Source: Methanobacteriota archaeon (lineage in GTDB: Archaea > Thermoplasmatota > Thermoplasmata > UBA10834). Taken from it: a stretch of DNA of 64,000 bases. Of the stretch, positions 58,523-64,000 are shown in pieces; the first letter of the stretch is position 1, and every line of letters begins with the position of its first letter. A program made the position numbers and the translations under genes. The notes under the pieces are model-generated. The model saw only the letters and a program-made list of their open reading frames with translations. It was not told the DNA's origin and did not search any database. The DNA lies in the NCBI GenBank assembly GCA_020725925.1, contig DYTN01000002.1:44621-108620 (forward strand), given 5' to 3'.

Positions 58523-59368
58523 TCAGACGAGCGAGCAGCACACGGACCTCTTCTTCACCGAGTACCCTGCATCCTTGAGCCTGTCCACGGTTGCGCTCGC
58601 CGGGAGCACGATGCCGTCCAGGCCGGCGGTGACGAGGTCGAATTCGGGGCTCCTGTCGAGCTTCGAGCGCATGCAGCCTAGCAGCAATCTCGCGGCCGGC
58701 AGTTCCTCCCTCGCCTTCTTCACGACTGAAATCATCGATCCAGCGTCAGGAGCGGCGACGGACTGGAACTCGGTCCCCTTCGTGGGGATGAGGGATATCA
58801 GGATGAGAGCCCGAGTCTCCAGCTTCCGCAGGCTCTCGACGGCCGCGAACTCGCCCTTCAGCTTCCCAGCGTGGACGCCGACGCATATGTGCGGCGCCAC
58901 GATGTCGGCTCCCGCCTCCATCAGCCGCTTCACCACGCCGAGGTAGTCTTCAGTCGTCGCGTTCAAGCCGAGCACTTCCCTGATCGTCTCGTCGGAGCCG
59001 TACACGTCGACGGAGAAGGAGTCGATGCCGCTCTTGACCAGACGCTCGATCTCGTCCTTCGTCGCGAGCCCGATGTGCGCGTTGATCCTCAGATCTGTAG
59101 TGCTCTTGATTTCGCTGATGGCGTCAGCGAAACCAGCCATCCGGACCCTGCCTGTGCTGTCCGCGCCACCGCTGAGAAGGAATCCGCTTGCGCCCCTCTC
59201 AGCCAGCGCTTCTGCTACCTCCAGAAGGTCGCCGGGCGTCGTGGCGGGGATCATGCCCTCGAGGTACTTCCTCGAGCAGTGCTTGCAGTTGAGGGCGCAT
59301 GACGCACCCGTGATGGAGATCGCGGGGAATCCCTTCCCCGGGTAGAAGCATTCGACCGTCCTAGCCAC
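58523..59368 (-). CDS. Radical SAM protein (CxxxCxxC), subfamily undetermined.
   Basis: CALNCKHC cluster near the N-terminus, a GGE-like SGGAD motif, and a TIM-barrel-sized 281 aa. Confidence 0.7.
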   Translation of the reverse strand: MARTVECFYPGKGFPAISITGASCALNCKHCSRKYLEGMIPATTPGDLLEVAEALAERGASGFLLSGGADSTGRVRMAGFADAISEIKSTTDLRINAHIGLATKDEIERLVKSGIDSFSVDVYGSDETIREVLGLNATTEDYLGVVKRLMEAGADIVAPHICVGVHAGKLKGEFAAVESLRKLETRALILISLIPTKGTEFQSVAAPDAGSMISVVKKAREELPAARLLLGCMRSKLDRSPEFDLVTAGLDGIVLPASATVDRLKDAGYSVKKRSVCCSLV

Positions 59369-59483
59369 AGACCGTTCTCATTGTGACCGTCGGTTAAGAA
59401 CCTTGTGCATCGCATTTATCGTCTGCCAGGGCACCAGGCAAAAGCTTTATCTCAAGTACCCACTTAGGGCGGTGCTGGTCAGG

Positions 59484-59717
59484 ATGAAAGCTTTCGAAGT
59501 CAGCGGACAGCTCATGACATCTCACAGGCGTTGGACGCCTTTCGCCATCGAGGTTGCCGCGGCGGACGAAAGCGCTGCCCGCGAGAAGACCTTGGCCCTC
59601 ATGGGGTCGAGGCACAAGGTCAAGCGGAAGTTCGTGCAGATAGAGGGCATCAAATCGCTGCGGCCCGAGGAGATCACGGACCACTTGGTCAAGCACCTGG
59701 TGGAGGCGAAGAAGTGA
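59484..59717 (+). CDS. rplX: Ribosomal protein LX (archaeal family, related to eukaryotic eL20).
   Basis: MKAFEVSG..AREKTLALMGSRHKVKRKFVQIEGI matches the LX family. Conserved LX-pfdA-ftsY order. Confidence 0.7.
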   Translation: MKAFEVSGQLMTSHRRWTPFAIEVAAADESAAREKTLALMGSRHKVKRKFVQIEGIKSLRPEEITDHLVKHLVEAKK

Positions 59718-60160
59718 GCCCGCAGGATTCGCCCGTCGAGCAGCAGCTGAGGGACAACTACGTGCTGCTCGAGACCGCGAAGGCGCAGCTGGACGGGCTG
59801 GTCAAGCAACAGCAGCTCATCCAGATGGCCGTCGAGGAGCACGTCCGCGCGAGAGAGACCATAAAGCGGATGGCTGCGAGCGCGCAGGGGGACGAGATCC
59901 TCGTCCCGGTCGGCGCGGACTCATACGTCCACGCCAAGGTCTCCGACAACAAGGATGCCGCAGTGGGCGTGGGTTCGGGCGTGGCGATCCGCAAGGCGCC
60001 TGATGAAGCTGAGAAGAGCCTGGACCTGAAGATAGACGAGCTGTCGCGGGCGTTCAAGGCGGTCACCGACAAGGCGGCTCAGACAGAGGCGCTCATCGGC
60101 GAGTTGACGGAGAAGGTCCAGACGCAGTACGACCAGCTACAGTCCGATGGCAAGGCTTGA
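59714..60160 (+). CDS. pfdA: Prefoldin alpha subunit.
   Basis: - GTG start overlapping the LX stop.
- Two coiled-coil arms flank a beta-hairpin region (ILVPVGADSYVHAKV).
- 148 aa. Confidence 0.7.
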   Translation: MSPQDSPVEQQLRDNYVLLETAKAQLDGLVKQQQLIQMAVEEHVRARETIKRMAASAQGDEILVPVGADSYVHAKVSDNKDAAVGVGSGVAIRKAPDEAEKSLDLKIDELSRAFKAVTDKAAQTEALIGELTEKVQTQYDQLQSDGKA

Positions 60161-60169
60161 GGGCTGGCC

Positions 60170-61135
60170 ATGTTCAAGGCGCTCAGGGAGAAGTTTTCGA
60201 GGGTCTCCAAGGAGGCGCAGGAGAAGTCCATCGAGGACATCTCCGAGGTTGTTGACGATTCTGGGAGACGGCTCAAGGAGGGCGTCCTCGACGACCTGCT
60301 CCACGAGCTCGAGCTCGGGCTACTGGAGGCCGACGTCGCGCTCCCCGTGGCTGAGGATCTCACCAAACACGTGAAGACGGAACTCTTCGGCAGACGGATT
60401 GACAAGGCGTTCGACATCGACGAGGCGGTGAGGCTGGCCCTCAAGGCTGCAGTCAAGGAGGTGCTGACGCAGCAGTCCCTTTCGCTCAACGACCGGATCA
60501 AGGCCAAGCCGAAGCCGTTCGTCATCATGTTCGTGGGGATCAACGGAGGCGGGAAGACCACGGCGATCGCCAAGCTCGCGCACAGGATGCAGAAGCACAA
60601 CCTGAGCTGCGTCCTCGCGGCTGGGGACACCTTCCGGGCGGGTGCGATCGAGCAGCTCACGCTCCACTCGGAGAGGCTCGGATGCAAGATCATCAAGCAC
60701 CAGGAGGGGAGCGACCCGGCAGCGGTGGCCTACGATGCCATAGAGCACGCGAAGGCCAGGAAGAAGGACATCGTACTCATTGACACGGCCGGGCGCATGC
60801 AGACCAACATCAACCTCATGGACGAGATGAAGAAGATCAAGCGCGTGGCGAAGCCCGACCTCGTGTTCTTTGTCGGGGACGCGCTCGCAGGCTCAGACGC
60901 GGTCGAGCAGGCGAGGAGGTTCGACGATGCGGTCGGGATTGACGGCGTCATCCTGACGAAGATTGACGCTGACGCGAAGGGCGGGGCCGCGCTGTCGATA
61001 GCCAGGACCATAGGCCGCCCGATCGCGTATGTCAGCATGGGCCAGGAGTACGACGAGTTCATGAGGTTCGATGCCGACTGGATGGTCGACCGGATCTTCG
61101 GCGACACGAAGGGCAGGGCGGCCCAGGACCTCTAG
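60170..61135 (+). CDS. ftsY: Signal recognition particle receptor FtsY.
   Basis: GINGGGKTTAIAKLA, DTAGR and TKIDADAKGG SRP-GTPase motifs. Confidence 0.9.
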   Translation: MFKALREKFSRVSKEAQEKSIEDISEVVDDSGRRLKEGVLDDLLHELELGLLEADVALPVAEDLTKHVKTELFGRRIDKAFDIDEAVRLALKAAVKEVLTQQSLSLNDRIKAKPKPFVIMFVGINGGGKTTAIAKLAHRMQKHNLSCVLAAGDTFRAGAIEQLTLHSERLGCKIIKHQEGSDPAAVAYDAIEHAKARKKDIVLIDTAGRMQTNINLMDEMKKIKRVAKPDLVFFVGDALAGSDAVEQARRFDDAVGIDGVILTKIDADAKGGAALSIARTIGRPIAYVSMGQEYDEFMRFDADWMVDRIFGDTKGRAAQDL

Positions 61136-62370
61136 ACTCGACCGAGGTTCTTCCCAGCGAACAGGACGGCGTACACCTGAGCGTCGGACACGGGGTCTCT
61201 GATCCTCGCGTACTCGTTCGCGTCATGGGCGTTACCTGGTGCCGTGGACCACACCGCCGCATCGATGCCCATCCGCCTGAACGGGGCGGCGCATGTGCCG
61301 CCGCCTATGCCGACCGGGCGCGGCTTCACACCCTTGACGGCCATGATGGCCGCGCTCAGACGCACCACGACCTCCGAATCCACGCTGGTTTTCGGAGCGG
61401 CAACCGCCTTCTGGATGTAAGACAGCTTGATCTTCGCCCCTGTCTTCTTCTCGAGACCATCGGCGATTGCCCTCATGTCGGCCATGATGACGCGGATCTT
61501 GTGTCGGGGCAGGACCCTGAAGTCGAACGAGAAGACCTGCCTCCCGGGGATCGTGTTCACGTTCAGGCCGTTGGCCTCGCAACTTGTCGGGGCGAATGTG
61601 CTCACGGGGGGATCGAACAGCTCGTCCGTGGCCTTGTACTTCGACCGCAACCTGTCGACGACCGCAATCATGTACCGCGCGGCAACTTCGAATGCATTGA
61701 TGCCGTGCGCTGGCGTGCTGGCGTGCGTCTGCTTGCCGATGACCTCGACCTTGACCCACGCCAGGCTCTTCTCCACCACTTCTATCGCCGAACCGTCAGG
61801 ATCTCCATGGTCGGGAACGACCACCAGGTCGCCCTTTCTGAAAAGGCCCTTGCTGATGAGGAAGTCGATTCCGTGCGTGTTCCCGTGCTCTTCGTCGGCC
61901 ACGAACACGAGCCCGACGTTGAACTCAGGAGCGATGCCGCACCTGAGCAGCGCGCGCAGACCGTACAGGGACGCGATCAGCTCCTGCCCGTTGTCCTCGG
62001 CACCCCTTCCATATATCTTGCCCGAGACGACCTTCGGCTCGAAGGGCGGGTTCTTCCATGCGTCCGCATCTCCCTCGGGGACGGTGTCCATGTGGGAGAT
62101 CACCCACAGCCGCTTCTTGCCAACACCATCGAGCCTGACGATCACGTTCGGCCTCCTGCCAGTGGGCACTGAAGGGTCGTGCGATTCGAAGACTTCGATG
62201 GACTTGAATCCGAGTCGTTTCGCGAGGGCCACCAGGTATTTCCCTCTCTCTGCTTCGCCTGGGCCCTTGCTCTCTGGTCCCACGGCGACTATCCTCAGCA
62301 TGTCGCAGAGGCTCTGGACCATCTCGTCCCTGTCATCCGCGACTGCCTTCTTTAGTTCGCTTGCGTTCAT
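61132..62370 (-). CDS. M20-family metallopeptidase (ArgE/DapE/succinyl-diaminopimelate desuccinylase-like).
   Basis: HMDTVP, GRGAEDNG, metal-ligand Glu/His pattern and a dimerisation domain. Start at the Met at 62370. Confidence 0.8.
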   Translation of the reverse strand: MNASELKKAVADDRDEMVQSLCDMLRIVAVGPESKGPGEAERGKYLVALAKRLGFKSIEVFESHDPSVPTGRRPNVIVRLDGVGKKRLWVISHMDTVPEGDADAWKNPPFEPKVVSGKIYGRGAEDNGQELIASLYGLRALLRCGIAPEFNVGLVFVADEEHGNTHGIDFLISKGLFRKGDLVVVPDHGDPDGSAIEVVEKSLAWVKVEVIGKQTHASTPAHGINAFEVAARYMIAVVDRLRSKYKATDELFDPPVSTFAPTSCEANGLNVNTIPGRQVFSFDFRVLPRHKIRVIMADMRAIADGLEKKTGAKIKLSYIQKAVAAPKTSVDSEVVVRLSAAIMAVKGVKPRPVGIGGGTCAAPFRRMGIDAAVWSTAPGNAHDANEYARIRDPVSDAQVYAVLFAGKNLGRV

Positions 62371-62440
62371 GTTCTCAGGCCCCGAATGAGGCGGACGAGA
62401 GTATCCACTCCTCAGATAAGTGATTTTTAAGCGGACGCCC

Positions 62441-63616
62441 TTACCGCTCGATGAGCATCGCGACCGCGTTCCCGCCGCCGAGACACAGAGTGGCAACCGC
62501 GCGTCTCGAGTCGCGCGCGCGCATTGCATACAACAATGTGGTCAGCACCCTCGCACCACTGCATCCGATCGGGTGCCCGAGGGCGATGGCCCCGCCGTTG
62601 ACGTTGAACTTCGATTCTGGGACGCCAAGGGCCTTCATCACCGCAATCGATGCCGTGGAGAAGGCCTCGTTGTGCTCGAAGAGGTCTATGTCCTTCATGG
62701 TCAGCTTGTTCCTGCTGAGGAGCTTCTGCGTGGCACCAATAGGAGCCTCCATGATGAGCTCCGGCTTCACCCCGGTGGTCACATAGTCGACGACCCGCGC
62801 CATGGGCTTGATGCCCTTCTCCTCCGCCAGCTCGGAGTCCATCACCACCAGAGCCGACGCCCCGTCGTTGATGCTCGACGAATTCCCCGCCGTGAGGACG
62901 CCGTCGTTCTTGAAGACGGGCTTGAGCTTGGCCAGCGCCTCGAGCGAGGTGTCCTCCCTCGGGCCCTCGTCCACGGAGAACAGCTGGGGCTCCTTCTTCG
63001 ACGGAAGCTCGACAACAACGGTCTCTTCCTTGAAGGCGCCGGATTTGATTGCGGCGACTGCCTTCTGGTGGCTCCATAGGGCGAACTTGTCAGCCTCCTG
63101 GCGCGTGATGCCGTTCCTCTCGGCGACGATCTCGCCGGTGTTGCCCATGTGGAAGTTGTTGAACGCCTCCCAGAGCCCGTCCCTGACCATGGAATCTACG
63201 AGCGTGGAGTCGAACAGCTTGTACCCGAACCTCGCCTTCTCGAGCAGGTAGGGGGCGTTGGTCATGCTCTCCATTCCGCCAGCCACAACGATCCTCTCCT
63301 TGCCCGCGAGTATGGCATCCGCCGCCAGCATCACTGCCTTGAGGCCCGACCCGCAGACCTTGTTAATCGTGAGGGCGGCGACCTCGTCCGCGAGCCCACC
63401 CAGCAGCGCGGCCTGCCGGGCCGGGTTCTGGCCCAAGCCGGCGGAGACCACGTTGCCCAGGATGCACTCATCGACTTCCTTGGGATCTATCCCGGCGCGC
63501 CTCACGGCTTCCCTCACGGCCACAGCGCCGACCTTGGGGGCGCTGAGGTCCTTGAGAGCGCCACCGAACCTCCCGACGGGCGTCCTTGTGGCGCTCACAA
63601 TGACAGCTTCTCTCAT
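62441..63616 (-). CDS. Acetyl-CoA C-acetyltransferase (thiolase).
   Basis: MREAVIVSATRTPVGRFGG, active-site Cys (NKVCGSGL) and C-terminal GGGNAVAMLIER signature. Confidence 0.85.
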   Translation of the reverse strand: MREAVIVSATRTPVGRFGGALKDLSAPKVGAVAVREAVRRAGIDPKEVDECILGNVVSAGLGQNPARQAALLGGLADEVAALTINKVCGSGLKAVMLAADAILAGKERIVVAGGMESMTNAPYLLEKARFGYKLFDSTLVDSMVRDGLWEAFNNFHMGNTGEIVAERNGITRQEADKFALWSHQKAVAAIKSGAFKEETVVVELPSKKEPQLFSVDEGPREDTSLEALAKLKPVFKNDGVLTAGNSSSINDGASALVVMDSELAEEKGIKPMARVVDYVTTGVKPELIMEAPIGATQKLLSRNKLTMKDIDLFEHNEAFSTASIAVMKALGVPESKFNVNGGAIALGHPIGCSGARVLTTLLYAMRARDSRRAVATLCLGGGNAVAMLIER

Positions 63617-63687
63617 CACATACCACACACCCAGCACTCAGATAACAGCCGTGCTGATGCCTGGTGCGAAGATTCCGTGAACCGTAT

Positions 63688-64000
63688 TTATAGATTGTCT
63701 ATGTCCACCCTCGACATCCGCCGTATGGGCTTGTGAAGGTGCCGGCGTGAGGCCACGGGAGGCTCGTACCAACCCGGTCGGACCGAGCGCGGGAAGGTCT
63801 TGAATGTCGCCGCATGAGCGGAGGACTTGGAGCCGCATATCTTGCACCTGTACCCCTGGCCCCTGCCCAGGGAGCCCATGCTCTTCCGGCACTTCTTGCA
63901 CACGGGATTGTGCACCTTTCGGACATCCTCCACAAGCCCCCTGACCGACATCTTCTCCACGTTGAGGCTGCGGGGGGTTTCTCTGACAGACCCCTGGAGG
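63688..64000 (-). CDS. C-terminal part of a zinc-ribbon protein (CKKC...CKIC) whose 5' end lies beyond the window.
   Basis: The open frame continues past position 64000. Cys pairs CKKCRKSM..CKICG. Identity not established. Confidence 0.35.
   Translation of the reverse strand, partial: LQGSVRETPRSLNVEKMSVRGLVEDVRKVHNPVCKKCRKSMGSLGRGQGYRCKICGSKSSAHAATFKTFPRSVRPGWYEPPVASRRHLHKPIRRMSRVDIDNL

Overview
High-GC (~63%) archaeal chromosome segment, euryarchaeal/Thermoplasmatota-like: gyrB-gyrA is present, the HPS and ThiC types fit, and the LX-pfdA-ftsY cluster is conserved. Gene density is high. No rRNA, CRISPR array, integrase or transposase was seen.

Main contents:
- **Type IV pilus locus, Epd/Tad-like (3.6-10.1 kb).** A membrane-anchored pilin-like protein, two paralogous FlaI/TadA-family ATPases, and a platform split into two single-T2SSF-domain genes. 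It sits convergent to a 1,7xx-aa beta-helix/CARDB surface adhesin whose cytoplasmic tail carries tandem zinc ribbons. Two tandem class-III-signal-peptide pilins lie separately at 44.5-45.9 kb.
- **Double-zinc-ribbon (DZR) proteins and KaiC/RecA-like (pseudo)ATPases recur.** A Zn-ribbon/HhH/coiled-coil/KaiC fusion (341-2755). A split version of the same architecture (15522-17313). A Yip1-DZR membrane protein. A DZR/Pro-Ala-rich helical protein. A KaiC-like triad (46.0-48.2 kb).
- **DnaA-family AAA+ protein in an archaeon (24815-26974).** A multidomain protein with a complete DnaA domain-III, no DnaA domain IV, an inserted zinc ribbon, a DUF4388-like N-terminus and a DUF835/KaiC-like C-terminus. 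It lies next to an intron-containing tRNA-Thr and about 3 kb from gyrB-gyrA. This is the most unusual feature in the window.
- **Housekeeping genes.** gyrB, gyrA (frameshifted), thiC, Ogg, a very long Lhr helicase, fumarate hydratase alpha and beta (beta frameshifted), NMD3, MCM, Tsr3, an HPS-RraA fusion, HtpX, an FAD oxidase, an ECF transporter, PriS, a radical SAM protein, LX, prefoldin alpha, FtsY, an M20 peptidase and thiolase. The MCM N-terminal domain is encoded in frame, but ACG sits where ATG is expected.
- **RNA genes.** tRNA-Phe(GAA) and tRNA-Thr(CGU).

Three coding lesions in 64 kb suggest either assembly errors or local gene decay.
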